Part shown: piece by piece, positions 1 through 49,803 of the stretch
Layout of the letters: each line of letters begins with the position of its first letter
How positions within the stretch are numbered: the first letter of the stretch is position 1
Assembly: GCF_009914755.1 (NCBI RefSeq)
Contig: NC_060941.1
Length of the DNA stretch: 64,000 bases
Strand: one strand, 5' to 3'
Origin: the human T2T-CHM13v2.0 reference genome, Homo sapiens
Notes under the pieces: model-generated
What the model was told of the DNA's origin: nothing
The model's input: the letters and a program-made list of their open reading frames with translations, nothing else
Database searches by the model: none
Made by a program: the position numbers and the translations under genes

Positions 1-439
1 GAAACAGTTGCAGTTGGTTGTATTCAGTACCTGCATTTCCGTTGGGAACTCCACCTGTACTTGTTATTCTGTGGAACTTTTTTTTATTTGTAGAAGGAGC
101 AAGAATATTGACCTTACTATATAGCACACGAAACAATCTATGCTGTATCGTGCCTGCTCAATCCTTAAAGTTAACTTCTAATGATAGTAAAAGACCTTCC
201 TGCTGCCTTTAAAATGCAGCTTGTGCTAGTAACATGCATGTGTCAAATTGAAGAATTAGACATAGATGACTAGATAGAAAGTAATTTTGTAGGTAATTTT
301 AGAGTTCAACTCCACCCAGCTTTCAGTGAAGGAACCTTTCAAATAATAGATTTTTGCTTACCATAGAGAAAAGATCAAATGACAAAGCAAATATTGACCA
401 TTAAGCTGGAATATGGTGATAATTGAACAGTTGTATAAA

Positions 440-520
440 TGAAGTAATTGAATTGTACACATACAATGGGTGAATTTTATGGCATGTCAAAGTATACCTC
501 AATAAAGCTATTTTTTTAAA
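440..520 (+). mobile_element. Old L1M (L1MB/ME-like) 3' terminus carrying AATAAA at 501-506
   Basis: tgaattgtacac...ggtgaattttatggcatgtc...ctcaataaagct resembles the L1M 3' end as recalled. Confidence 0.6.
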
Positions 521-634
521 TTGCCCATGACCTCTTTTCCCATTTGTTTGTGTGTCTTTCCAATTCTTTTTCTATACAGCTTCTTCACAGAAATCACATT
601 TTATAAAATTTTATATCGTTTTTACTCGACATTA

Positions 635-750
635 CTTTTTCATTTATTTACCAAATACTTATTAAACATTTATGTGCTAGGCCTTATTCTATGCCCTAGG
701 GATACAAAAGTGGAAAGCTAGATAAGAGCAGTGTCCTCATGAAACTTTAA
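635..750 (-). mobile_element. L2 3' end fragment
   Basis: tcatttatttaccaaatacttattaaacatttatgtgctaggc...ctagggataca is a typical antisense L2 3' end. Confidence 0.6.
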
Positions 751-988
751 ACATCTACCTATATTAATTAGATCTAAATGTATAGCCTGTTAAATGGCTT
801 CATCGGGATAAACCTTAATCATCCCTTATTGTTTGTACATTCAGAGGGTTTTTTCCTAGTTTATTGCAAAGAGCAGAGAACATCTTTATGTATTTTATAT
901 TATTTCATGAGTATTAATTTTTAAAATTGGCTGTTTTTAGGCTTTGCATTGCAAAACACATTCCCAAAAACAAAATGCCAACTTACTC

Positions 989-2172
<1,184 letters not shown>

Positions 2173-2379
2173 CTGGCCAGCTTTTAGTTGTATTTGTATT
2201 TTATATTACAACTATAGGAGTCAAATTATAAGCAAATTTGTTACAAGGTCTTCAAAAGAAGCCTGGATTTTATTTGCAAAACATTATAGGTATAGCTGTT
2301 TAATAAACTTACCCTTATTTTCAATAGGTTCATAAAAATTTGGGACCAGAATTGAAAATTTTTTCAAATAAAAAATATA

Positions 2380-3245
<866 letters not shown>

Positions 3246-3663
3246 GTTTGTTTATTTTATAAAAATGGGGTCTTGTTCTGTCTAGAGCCTTTCCCCTCTA
3301 GACTGCACTGTCAGCTCTCATATCAGGTGACAGAGCAAGACCCTGTCTTTATAAAATAAACCAAACATGAATAACATACAAGAAAAAACAAAATGATAAG
3401 TTGGATTCAGAGGAAATAATGAAAGACAATAAAAACATTGAGTGCCAAGTGCATGCTCTGTATTTTTTATTTGAAAAAATTTTCAATTCTGGTCCCAAAT
3501 TTTTATGAACCTATTGAAAATAAGGATGAATTTATTAAAGAGCTGTACCTGTAATATTTTGCAAATAAAATCCAGGCTTCTCTTGAAAATCTTGAAACAA
3601 ACTTGCTTAATTTGACTCCTATAGTTGCAATATAAAATATAAATAAAACTAAAAGCTGACTGG

Positions 3664-4360
<697 letters not shown>

Positions 4361-4754
4361 AATTTTTAAAATCCCTTCTTAAATTCACAAGTCATTCAAA
4401 CGTGTGGATTAAACATTATCTATTCTGCTGATTTAACATTTTAATATAAAAAACAGGAAGCTATTAATTTGTAATGTAATGAAAGCTATGATGTTTTGAT
4501 GGAGAAAGTACTATGGACACAAAATGGAAAAAAGCATTAAATCTCTTTTCAGGGGTTTAGATTAAGGAAATCTCCAAATTGGTTTTCTTTTGAGCTGGAC
4601 TTTAAAAATAGGAGTAGATATATATATAGGAAGCAAGCAGTAGTAAAGGCATCAGTAACTCTTGGATTTGCATGAATAATTCATTCTAACAAGATCTTCA
4701 GTTTAAGGGAAAGGGAGAAGCAGGGAAAAAATAATAATTGCTTTGTTATTGGTG

Positions 4755-4910
4755 GCTCATTTCATCCTGTCAGCAACTCTGTGAGGTAGGTACTATTGTT
4801 TTTTCCATTATACAAGTATGGGAACTGAATCACAAAGTTTAAGTAACAACTGAAGTGACCAGCTACAGTGTAAAGAAGCCAGGACCCTGTGGTTTTTCTC
4901 TGTTCTAAAA
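4755..4910. mobile_element. MIR fragment
   Basis: tcatttcatcctgtcagcaactctgtgaggtaggtactatt...ggaactga...aagtaac matches the MIR core. Confidence 0.65.
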
Positions 4911-5025
4911 CCGTTACACCCAATCTGCCTCTCACATTGCCTTGTATGCCTTGTCAGTTGATGAAATATCTAAATTGATTCCCAGTGTATGTTCCAAGGA
5001 ACATTAGTTCATCAAGCTGCTATTA

Positions 5026-6048
<1,023 letters not shown>

Positions 6049-6121
6049 AAAGCTCATTCTGGTGGCAATGGGGAGAATGGTTTGGAAGGAAAGATTGGAG
6101 TCAGGAAAATCAATTCAGCCC

Positions 6122-8100
<1,979 letters not shown>

Positions 8101-8149
8101 CCATAGAGGTCATATAAATTCAGGGATCAAACCCAAGAGCATTCACTGT

Positions 8150-8931
8150 GGAATGCTGTGAAACAAATTGTCTCAAGACCTTGTAGCTTAAAACCATAAT
8201 TAAATCTTTCCAGCCTGTGTGCTGGCACACACCTATAATCCTGGCACTTTCTGAGGCCGAAGCAGGAGGATCACTTAACCCAAGAGTTCAGCCTGGGCAA
8301 CATAGCCAGACCAGGAAAAAAAAAAAAAAAAAGTTAGCCAGGCTTGGTGGCAGCTGCATGTAGTCTCAGCTACTTGGGAGGCTGAGGTGGAAGAACACTT
8401 GAGCCCAGGAGTTTGCGACTAGAGTAAGCTATGATGATCATGCCTTATAGACTAAGCCCATGTCTCAAAAACAAACAACAACAAGAAAAACCAATCACCT
8501 TTTTTTTCATGGTTTCAGACAAAGTATACTTGTCTCTGCCTCACAATGTTTAGTACCTCATTTGGAGGACCCAAAGACTAGGGGCTGGAATCACCTGAAT
8601 ACTCATGCACTTACGTATCTGGCTGTCAGCTGGGGACTTTGCTACAGATGTCAGCCAGAACATCCACATATGGTATATCCATGTGACCTGGGCTTCCTCA
8701 CAACCTGGTGGCTGGGTTCTTGGGCAAGTGTCCTAAGAAAGAGCCTGTGCTAGGGATAACCATATTTCCTTTTATGACCTATCCTTAAAAATCTTGCAGT
8801 ATCATAAGCCACATCCAGGTTTAAGGAGAGAATTAGATTCCACCTCCTAAAGGGGAATGTAGACATTCTACAAGTGCATATGGGACTAGAAATATTGCTG
8901 TAGCTACTTTTGGAAAATACAGTCTATCACA
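8150..8931 (-). mobile_element. MLT1 (MLT1F-like) MaLR LTR, interrupted by an AluJ at about 8212-8490
   Basis: ggggctggaatcacctg...ggcttcctcacaacctggtggctgggttc...tttggaaaatacagtctatcaca. Confidence 0.7.
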
Positions 8932-9381
8932 CCAAGTAAAGGAGAGTATGTGATTAGCAATTCTTAGGGGGTGACATTTTTTCTTATTTTCCCTTCTGCT
9001 AGAACCAAGCCTACAGATAGGATGTAGCCCCACCATATCTGTCTAGGGCAAGTTTTTTTCTGGTTCATCCAGTGAAGGTATTGCCTTTTGAAGGTCCTGT
9101 CTTTATGTGGAGGTCTCCTTATCTGTGTCCAAGCTTTATCTGCTGCTCCCTTGACTTTAGGCCACCAAGGATATGTAGATGTTCTCAAAGTGCTCTGGGT
9201 CAGCCGCATAATACCTCTCAGGATTTATGTCTACCTATTGTTTTAGTCCTTCAAGTATATCCCTTACTTTCCTGCTAGTTAAACCATGCATTCTAGAACA
9301 TGTTTGCCTTTTATCTCACATGTTCAGGTATTCATCCTGAGGGTTTCTCTGCATATCTGATTTACCATATTGCCTAAATAG

Positions 9382-10998
<1,617 letters not shown>

Positions 10999-10999
10999 G

Positions 11000-12150
<1,151 letters not shown>

Positions 12151-12151
12151 G

Positions 12152-12473
<322 letters not shown>

Positions 12474-12882
12474 AAGTCATGATTTCTTAGACTGGGTTCT
12501 GTGGACACATCCTAATAGAAGAGGATCTAGCTCTCTTAGTTTCAGCTTCCTTTGGGAACCCAGGCCTCTGGGCTCCAGTAACACTGCCTCCTTCCTTTAC
12601 CTTGCCAACCGAGGGTTGGTAGTCACTTCTTGCTATCTCTAAACTCTGGGTTACTTCACTGTTCCTTTTGTCCCTTAGATCCTCCCTCAGTTATGCGTCA
12701 AAATCTTTGCATTAAATTCTTGCTGTTGTAACTATTTGATGTGGTTTCTGTTACCCCGAATAGATCTTGACATAGCATCTAAATTCCCTCATTTTATAGG
12801 GGAAGAAACTTGTACCATTTTGTCTTCCAAATACATTTTAGAATTACTTGGTCATGTTAAAGGAAAAACATTGCAGCTATTC

Positions 12883-19250
<6,368 letters not shown>

Positions 19251-19269
19251 ATGTGCTTTTGTATTTTTT

Positions 19270-21909
<2,640 letters not shown>

Positions 21910-22278
21910 TCATACAGAAATGTAAACTGTGAATAGTGGAGAGAGATGATGAGTTTTGTGCTTCAGAATGATTACTCTAATGAAAGTATGGATTGAAGAG
22001 ATCAAGATTGTAGATGAGTCTATTGTCTTTGTCCCAGTGGAGGGAGGATATCTCAAATTAGGGTAGCAGCAACTGAGATGGAGATGATGGGATGAATTCA
22101 ACTCTTTTTTTTTTTAGAGACAAGGTGTCACGCTGACACCCAGGCTGTTTAGGCAGTGGTGCAATCTTAGCTCACTGCAGCCTTGAACTCCTGAGTAGCT
22201 GGGACTACAGGTGTGGGCCACCATGCCTGGCTTATTTTTTAACTTTTCGTAGAGATGGGTTCTCCCTGAATTACTCAG

Positions 22279-22696
22279 TGATATGATTTCGATCTGTGTC
22301 CCCACCAAAATCTCATGTGGAACTGTAATCCTAACATTGGAGGTGGGGCGTTGGATCAGTAGGAGGTGATTGGATCATGGAGGCAGATTTCTCATGAATA
22401 GTTTAGCACTATCCTCCTTGGTACTGTCCTTGTCAGTGAGTTCTGGCAAGATCTGCTTGTTTAGAAGTGTATAGTACTTCCTCCCTCTCTCTCTTGCTCC
22501 TGCCTCTGCCATGTAGGATGCTTGCTCCCCCTTTGCCTTCTGCCATGATTGGAAGCTTCCTGAGGCCTCCTCAAAAGTGGAAACTGCTATGCTTCCTTTA
22601 TAGCCTGCAGAGCCATGAGCCAATTAAACCTCTTTTCCTTATAAATTACCCAGTCTCAGGTATTTCTTTATAGCAATGTGAGAAGGAACTAATGAA
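22279..22696 (+). mobile_element. MSTA-like MaLR solo LTR inserted in an antisense AluJ (about 22100-22790)
   Basis: Starts tgatatgatttcgatctgtgtccccacc; ends ccaattaaacctctttt...tttctttatagcaatgtgagaaggaactaat; 5-bp TSD ctcag/cccag. Confidence 0.88.
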
Positions 22697-22829
22697 CCCA
22701 GGCTGGTTTGGAACTCCTAGGCTCAAGCAATCCTCCCACCTCAGCCCCTCAAAGTGCTGAGATTATGGATGTGAGCCACCACGCGCAGCCCCAGCCCCAA
22801 GGTTTTGTTTTCTTTTGTTTTTTTCATTT

Positions 22830-25662
<2,833 letters not shown>

Positions 25663-26085
25663 TGCTGATTATTCTTTATAATATTAGGCATTGGTGGGAA
25701 TTGATGTTCACTGTATTTGATTTGGGGTGGGGATCCCATTCATTTCAGTATGCTACAAAGAGATGAAGGAAAAAGTTTAGATTTATTCTTGATCTTACTT
25801 GCTTCATGGTAAACTACTGGGGTCACCACGGGAGAATTTCTTCTGTTTATACCAGTGGATTTATAGAGCCAGACTGCCCAGACTGAAACCCAAGTTTAAA
25901 GTTTTTAATTGCGTAACCTAGGCAAGTTACTGAATTCTGTTCCTAAATTTCTTCCTCCGTAAACCTCGAAAGATACATGGTTTTGAGTTAATTTGTGAAA
26001 GGAGTTATGGGTTCCTTTGTTTTCAAAGATGATATCCCACCCTCTTACTCTGTGAGTGTTGTGATTTGTTTTTTCACATTAATAT

Positions 26086-26747
26086 TGTAACCGCCCAAGG
26101 GGTTCACCTTGCCCACTGCCTAGACAGAGCCAATTTATCCAGATGGAGAGCTGCAATGGTGAAAGAGTAATTCACGCAGAGCTGCGGGAGACCAGAGTTT
26201 TACTGTTACTCAAATCTGTCTCCCTGAGCATTCAGGCAGCAGAGTTTTTAAGCATAATGTGGTGGGTGGGGCGAAGCCAGTGAGCTGATTGGTCAGAGAC
26301 GAAATCATGGGGAGTCGAAGGTCTCTTCTTGGGCTGAGTCAGTTCCTGGGTGGGGGACTACAAGATCAGATGAGCCAGTTTATTGATCTGGGTGATCCAT
26401 CAAGTGCAGGGTCTGCAAAATATCTCAAGCACTGATCTTAGCAGTTTAGGGAGGGTTAGAATCTTGTGTCCTCCAGCTGCATGACTCCTAAACCATAATT
26501 TATAATCTTGGGCCTAACTCGTTAGTCCTACAAAGGCAATCTAGTCCCCAGGCAAGGAGGTCTGCTTTGGGAAAGGGCTGTTACCGTCTTTGTTTAAACT
26601 ATGATCTATAAATTAAGTTTCTCCCAAAGTTAGTTCATCCTATGCCCAGGAATGAACAAGGACAGCTTGGAGGTTAGAAGCAAGATGGAGTCAGTTAAGT
26701 TAGATCTCTTTCACTGTCTCAGTCATAATTTTGCAAAGGCAATTTCA
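26086..26747 (-). mobile_element. LTR8-family ERV1 solo LTR
   Basis: TG...CA termini (tgtaaccgcccaagggg...ttttgcaaaggcaatttca) with 4-bp TSD ATAT; 662 bp. Confidence 0.88.
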
Positions 26748-26906
26748 ATATTAGTAATCGTGTTTTTTCTCAGGCACTCCATTTGCACAATGTCCTGCCT
26801 GTGCAGTGTCTGCTTTGGCCCAGTAATGCAAATGTTTTCGGGGACAAATCTGTTTTGGAGATCTTGGTTATTAAGATCTTTACTCTGATAGAAAGCAATG
26901 TGCATT

Positions 26907-27820
<914 letters not shown>

Positions 27821-28014
27821 ATATATATATATATATTTGAGACGGAGTCTTGCTCTATCGCCAGGCTGGAGTGCAGTGGCTAATTTTTTGTATTTTTAGT
27901 AGAGACGGGGTTTCACCATGTTGGGCAGGATGGTCTCGATCTCTTGACCTCATGATCTGCCCGCCTCAGCCCTCCAAAATGCTGAGATTACAGGTGTGAG
28001 CCACTATGCCTGGC

Positions 28015-28133
28015 CTATATATATATACACACATATATATATACACACACACATATATATACACACACATATATATATACATACACACACACATATATAT
28101 ATATATACACACACACACATATATATATATATA
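28015..28133. repeat. Compound (TA)n(CA)n microsatellite between antisense Alus
   Basis: Directly visible. Confidence 0.95.
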
Positions 28134-28144
28134 TTTTTTTTTGA

Positions 28145-28288
<144 letters not shown>

Positions 28289-28550
28289 TGACCAGCTATT
28301 TTTATTTTTGTGTTTTTAGTAGAGACGGGGTTTCACCATGTTAGCCAGGATGGTCTTGATCTACTGACCTTGTGATCCACCCGCCTCGGCCTCCCAAAGT
28401 GCTGGGATTACAGGCGTGAGCCACTGCGCCCGGTCATGGCACCTATATTTTTTATATATCACATGAAGACCATGTAGCTTCAGCATCACTCCCCTACTCG
28501 TGAAATGCTATAGTAGAGGGATAGTAAGCCTATTAAAAGTAAGTACTTCA

Positions 28551-28880
<330 letters not shown>

Positions 28881-28987
28881 TTAGTCTGCTTGGGCTCCCT
28901 TAACAAAATACCGTAGACAGTGTGGCTTAAACAATAGAAATTTATTTTCCCACATTTCTGCAGGCTAGAAGTCCAGATCAAGGTCTT

Positions 28988-29301
<314 letters not shown>

Positions 29302-30039
29302 CAGATCAAGGTCTTGCAGGGTCACTTTCTTATGAGGACTCTCTTCCTGGCTTGCAGATGACCTTCTCGCTATGTTCTCACATGCTGGAAAGAGATTCTC
29401 TCACTCTCTCCTTCTTCCCTCCCTCTTCTTAAAAGGCTACAAGTTTTATTGGATTAAAGCCCCACTCGTATGACCTCATGTGATCTTAGTTACCTCCTAA
29501 AACCCTATCTCAAAATAGTTACAATTAGTGGTTAGGGCTTCAGCACATGAATTTGTTGAGGACACTATTCAGTTCATAGTATTCCATCCCAGACTCCCAC
29601 ATTCATGTCCTTATTTCATGCAAAATACATTCATCCCATCCTAACAGCCTCCAAAGTCTTAACTCATTCCAGCATTAACTCGAAAGTCCAAAGTCTCATC
29701 TAAATAGCCTCACCAGCTGTGAACCTGTGAAAACAGACAAGTTATATATTTACAAAATATAAGGAATGGAGAGGCATAGGATAGATATTTTCATTCCAAA
29801 AGGGAGAAATGGGTGACAGGCCCCAGGCAAGGCCAAAACCTAGGAAGGTAAACTCCATTAGATCTTGAGGCTTGAGAACAATCCTCTTTGGGCGGATATT
29901 CGGCCCTCCAAGCCCTCTGGAGCCTGTGGTGGGAATGGTAGTCCTTCTGATCTCTGGATAACTTTTGAGGTCATTCTTCCCTTTTCTTGAAGGACGACGC
30001 ATGTTTGCAGCCAGATAGCTCTGTTGTCTGGTCCTGTAG

Positions 30040-30435
<396 letters not shown>

Positions 30436-31379
30436 TGATCCACCAGCCTTGGCCTCCCAAAGTGCTGGGATTACAGGCTTGAGCCACTGCGCCCAGCCTC
30501 AAGCTTTCTCATTTTTTTACAATATGGACAGGCTGAAAATTTTCCAAAACCTTTACGTTCTGGTTCCTTTTAAACGTAGCAATTTCTTCTTTATCTCTCA
30601 ACTCTTACATTTTACTATAAACAGTCAAGAGGACCCAGGCCACACCTTCAAAATTTTACTTAGAATTCGCCTCAGCTAAATATCTAATTTCATCCTTCAG
30701 AAGTTCTATCTTCCACAAAACACTAGAACACAATACAGGCAGGTTCTTTGCTTCTTTATAATAGTGATCACCTTTTCTCCATTTTCCAATGTCTTATCTC
30801 ATTTTTCTCTGAGACCCCATCAGAATGGCCTTAAAGACCATATTTCCACTGACATTCTGTTCATGATTGTTTATGTATTCTCTGAGAAGATGGAGGTTTT
30901 CTCTCCAGTCTCCTTTTCCTTTCCTGAGTCCTCACCAGAATCACCTTTAATGTCCATATTTCTACCAACCATTCCTTCCTGGCAGTCTAGGATTTTTCTA
31001 GCATTCACCTCAAAACTCCTCCAACCTCTACCCATTATCTAGTTCCAAAGCCACTTGCACATTTTTATGTATCTGTTACTTCACAGTACTAAAATCTGTC
31101 TTAGTCAGCTTGGGCTGCCAAAACAAAATACCATAGACTGGGTGGCTTAAACAACACAAATTTATTTTCTCAGAGTCCTGCAGACTAGAAGTCCCAGATC
31201 AAGGTCTGGCAGGGTTGGTTTCTGGTAAGGGTCCTCAGCCTGACTTGCACATGGCTGCCTTCTCACTGTGCCTCATGTGGTGGAGGGACAGAGGGAGACA
31301 GATCTCTTCCTTTTCTTATAGCACCACCAGTTCTATCAGATTAGGGCCCCACATTTATGGATTTATATAACCTCAATTG

Positions 31380-32737
<1,358 letters not shown>

Positions 32738-33029
32738 TACCTCCTAAAAACCTGCCTCCAAATACAGTCACATTTTGGGTTTAGGGCTTCAACCTAACAT
32801 GAATTTGGAGGGATCACAGTTTAATCCATAGCAACACGCAACAGTCAGTCTTTCAGCCTCTCATCTCCTAACCCAGAAAAAGCAGAGCTTTGGAATCTTA
32901 CTTTAGATTATTTAGATAAGTCAAAGAGAAGAATGAAGAGGAAGAAGAGAAAGAGAAGTTTTATAGAGGACCTGTACTCGTAACAATAACAGTAAATATA
33001 AAACTACTACTGTCAGTGCCAAAAAAATA

Positions 33030-33385
33030 AATATATGATCTTTCTTAATCCTCAAAATAGTCTAATTATTTTTCCCATCTTACAGAGACACAGTGGGAGG
33101 TTGAGTAATTTGCTCAAGGTCATCCAGCTAATAACTGGTAGAGCTGGCATTTGAGCTGATGCAATCTGGGTGTACAGTATATGCTTCAACCACTATTTTC
33201 CACCTACTCCATGCCTGACACATGCTTTCACAAAGGCAGTCTCATTTAATTCTTAGACTAACTGCACAAGATAGGTTTTATTTTCTTTTTTTGTTTCACA
33301 GGAAGAAACTAAAGCTCAGAGAGATTAAGAGAATCTTTGTGGTCACACGTTTAATAAATGACAATGTGAGGATTCAAAAACAGAA
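33030..33385. mobile_element. Two MIR fragments
   Basis: cccatcttacagaga...ttgagtaatttgctcaaggtcatccagcta; gaagaaactaaagctcagagagattaag. Confidence 0.65.
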
Positions 33386-33440
33386 AGGGAGATGGAATAG
33401 ATTCTGACTTTCTTCAGGGAAGCAGATCACCACTTTGTTA

Positions 33441-37215
<3,775 letters not shown>

Positions 37216-37329
37216 CATATACACTAGTTTTTTACTGTAGGCCGTAAGGCCCTTTGAACCCTCGATATATAATACTTGCTCAATTATGTTTGTTTAGTAA
37301 AGGAATGATTCCATTTGCACCATAAACTC

Positions 37330-38330
37330 TCTTCCTGTGACCAGCATATGAATGTGTGTGTGGTCTCTAAGAACTCGAATGATGCCTAAGCTATCCAACC
37401 CACTTTCCTCAGTTTTTATTTACGCAGAAATTGAAATTAACAAACTAATTTCTGAGTCTTAAGTGAAATTGTTTTCGTTTTATTTAAAGTTACCCTTGAC
37501 TTACATAGTTTTAACCTTCTGGAAAGTTCTTCTTTTTTCTCTCTCTCTTCCTGTTCCTGATTGCCACACTGGATAGAAAGTTCTAAATGAATACTTAGGT
37601 TTGAAAGTATTTTTCTACATCTATTTATTTTGCCATTCTACAGATTTGGCTCCATTGTCCTAAGGTTTCAGCACAATAAAAATCTCGTTTCTCCCAGTGC
37701 TTGTCTTGACATCAATGTAGCATTAAAAAGTCCAAGACTTTTACAGACTAATTTAAGCTGAACAAGGAAATATAATCTGGTACCTACTAAGAAACATAAA
37801 TGGGCCTGGGTTGCTAGCAGTTCCTGGAAGTCACTGTGTTTTCCAATAAATCCATGCAAATCGTAACAGGGAAAGAGAAGCCACAAAGCAGAGGCTGGGA
37901 CTGTTGGGATCATGTTAGTAATTAAACTCTCTCTCCTCTTGAGACTCAGTGAGAGCCTTCCCCTTACAAAAAAACAAAAAAGACCATAGCTTGCTGCCAA
38001 AGCGGATCTGACCACGCGTCCTCTCACTCTAAGAGATTAAAATAAAGCCTCCTGCAGTCCTTTTCTCCAAATACACAAAGAAGTGGCTGGGCTGAGGCTC
38101 AAGGGCACAGTTCCAGTCCCTGTTGGCAAGAGAAGGGCAGGGCTCTGGTTCTCCCAAAGGGTGCAAAGGACAAGAATGTTTCCTAGAAAAGAAACCAGGG
38201 AAGGAGACCAAAGTAGACCTAGCTGATATGGAGCTGTTATGTGAAAACTGAAAGCTGCTTCGATACTACTTCAAAGCCAGATTATTCTGGGAACTGAAGG
38301 GAGACTGAGCCTTCAAGTAATATGACTAGG
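37330..38330. promoter_or_regulatory. Repeat-free block, candidate distal enhancer
   Basis: About 1 kb with no recognisable repeat; TTCCTGGAA 37821-37829, CCAATAAA 37843-37850, ATGCAAAT 37854-37861, GTAATTAA 37918-37925. Motifs only, no functional data. Confidence 0.35.
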
Positions 38331-38659
38331 GAAGTCAAGTACAAAAAAAAAAGTGAGACCAGGAAGGAACAAAGCATGCATTTGGAGCTAATACCACTCA
38401 TTGGAAGAGGTTGTTTGGAAAAGGTTTGCAAATACCACAAAAATGGGATTCAAAGTGTCTTTATGTATTGTGATATTCATTGCAGCACTATTTATAATAG
38501 CAAAAAACTGGTAGCAACTGAAACATCTAGCAGTAGGTGAACTGTTTTATAGCCATGGTCTAGAACATTAAACCACAATTTAAAGTTTTCTGTGCATATT
38601 TAATAACCCAAGAAGATGTTCATAATATAATATTGAGGGTTTTTTTGTTGTTTGTTTGT

Positions 38660-41113
<2,454 letters not shown>

Positions 41114-41557
41114 CTGGAAGTAGACATTTTTTTATTAACCAAAATGAATTTAGTTAGCTCACCATTGCCTCTACAAAAATTGTACTGGGACCAAAAACTT
41201 TGTATATGAGACAACAAATTTTCTAAAATGCAAATCTTAAAGACAAATAATGTTAGTGTCCAGAAGAAAGGTTATTGGGTCAGTCTTTCAGATTATTTCC
41301 CCATAACACCAAGTTCCAAAAAACAATTTCTAGTCATTTGTGGGATGCTCCAGAGAGCCCTTGGGACAAGTAAAGTTGCAGCTGTTTGTGTGTGTTGTAA
41401 TTCAAGATGATGTGTTGCTACATCTACTAGTTTGGTACAACTGTTATGATCAGATAGACCTAGTTCCTTAAGGCTGAGACACAACAGTCTGGTTTCTGTA
41501 ATGGAAGGATGAGTAGGCTTTATTCTGTTTTGTTGCTTTTTTTCTTTCTTTCTTTTA

Positions 41558-41624
41558 AATAATACATTCTAAGCCTCGATCCTGGACTTTGCAGGAAAAA
41601 AAAAAAAAAGAATAATACATTCTA
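41558..41624 (+). mobile_element. Tiny L1-mediated retroposed insert (24-nt body plus polyA, 14-bp TSD)
   Basis: aataatacattcta at 41558-41571 and 41611-41624 flanks agcctcgatcctggactttgcagg-A14-g. Confidence 0.75.
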
Positions 41625-45500
<3,876 letters not shown>

Positions 45501-45514
45501 TTCTTTTATTTCAT

Positions 45515-49198
<3,684 letters not shown>

Positions 49199-49315
49199 TC
49201 TTTTTTTTTGGGGGGGGGGGGTTGTCGTGGAAATTAAGTTTATGAATCTCCTTGATCTCTGAATTATTCCAAACAGCACCATCCCAGCAATTCCTTTTAA
49301 TTGTTTTTAGAACTA

Positions 49316-49803
49316 CAGTTGACCTTTGAACAATGAGAGGGTTAGGGTGCCAACTCCCACCAATGCAGCTGAAAATCTACATAAAAGATTAGATTCCCCA
49401 AACCACTAGTAGCCTATTGACCAGAAGCCTTCTTGATAACCTAAACAATTAACACATATTTTGTATCTTTATCATATACTGTATTTTTACAATAAAGTAA
49501 GCTAGAGAAAAGAAATGTTATTAAGAAAATCATAAGGAAGAGTAAGTGTATTTACTATTCATGAAGTGGAAATGGATCATCATGAAGGTCTTCATCCCTG
49601 TCTTCACATTGAGTAGGCTATCTTGCTGTCTCAGGGGTGGCAGAGGCGGAAGAGGTGGAGGAAGTGGATGGGGAGGCGGAAGAGGTGGAGGAAGTGGATG
49701 GGAAGGCGGGAGAGGCAGGCACACTTGGTGTAACTTTTGTTGAAAAAATATCTTTGTATAAGTGGACCCACGCAGTTCAAACGTGTTGTTCAAGGGTCAA
49801 CTG
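49316..49803. mobile_element. Tigger2-derived MITE with an internal ~29-bp tandem duplication (about 49643-49701)
   Basis: TIRs cagttgacctttgaacaa and ttgttcaagggtcaactg, TA on the left; gaggcggaagaggtggaggaagtggatgg occurs twice. Confidence 0.88.

Noticed and set aside
1-525. Possible terminal 3' UTR of an upstream gene using AATAAA at 501-506
   Set aside because: The signal is part of an L1M 3' end. No coding sequence or recognisable transcript is visible, so no gene can be supported.
37668-38027. 119-aa minus-strand ORF in the repeat-free block
   Set aside because: Non-ATG start, no recognisable domain and no splice or promoter context.
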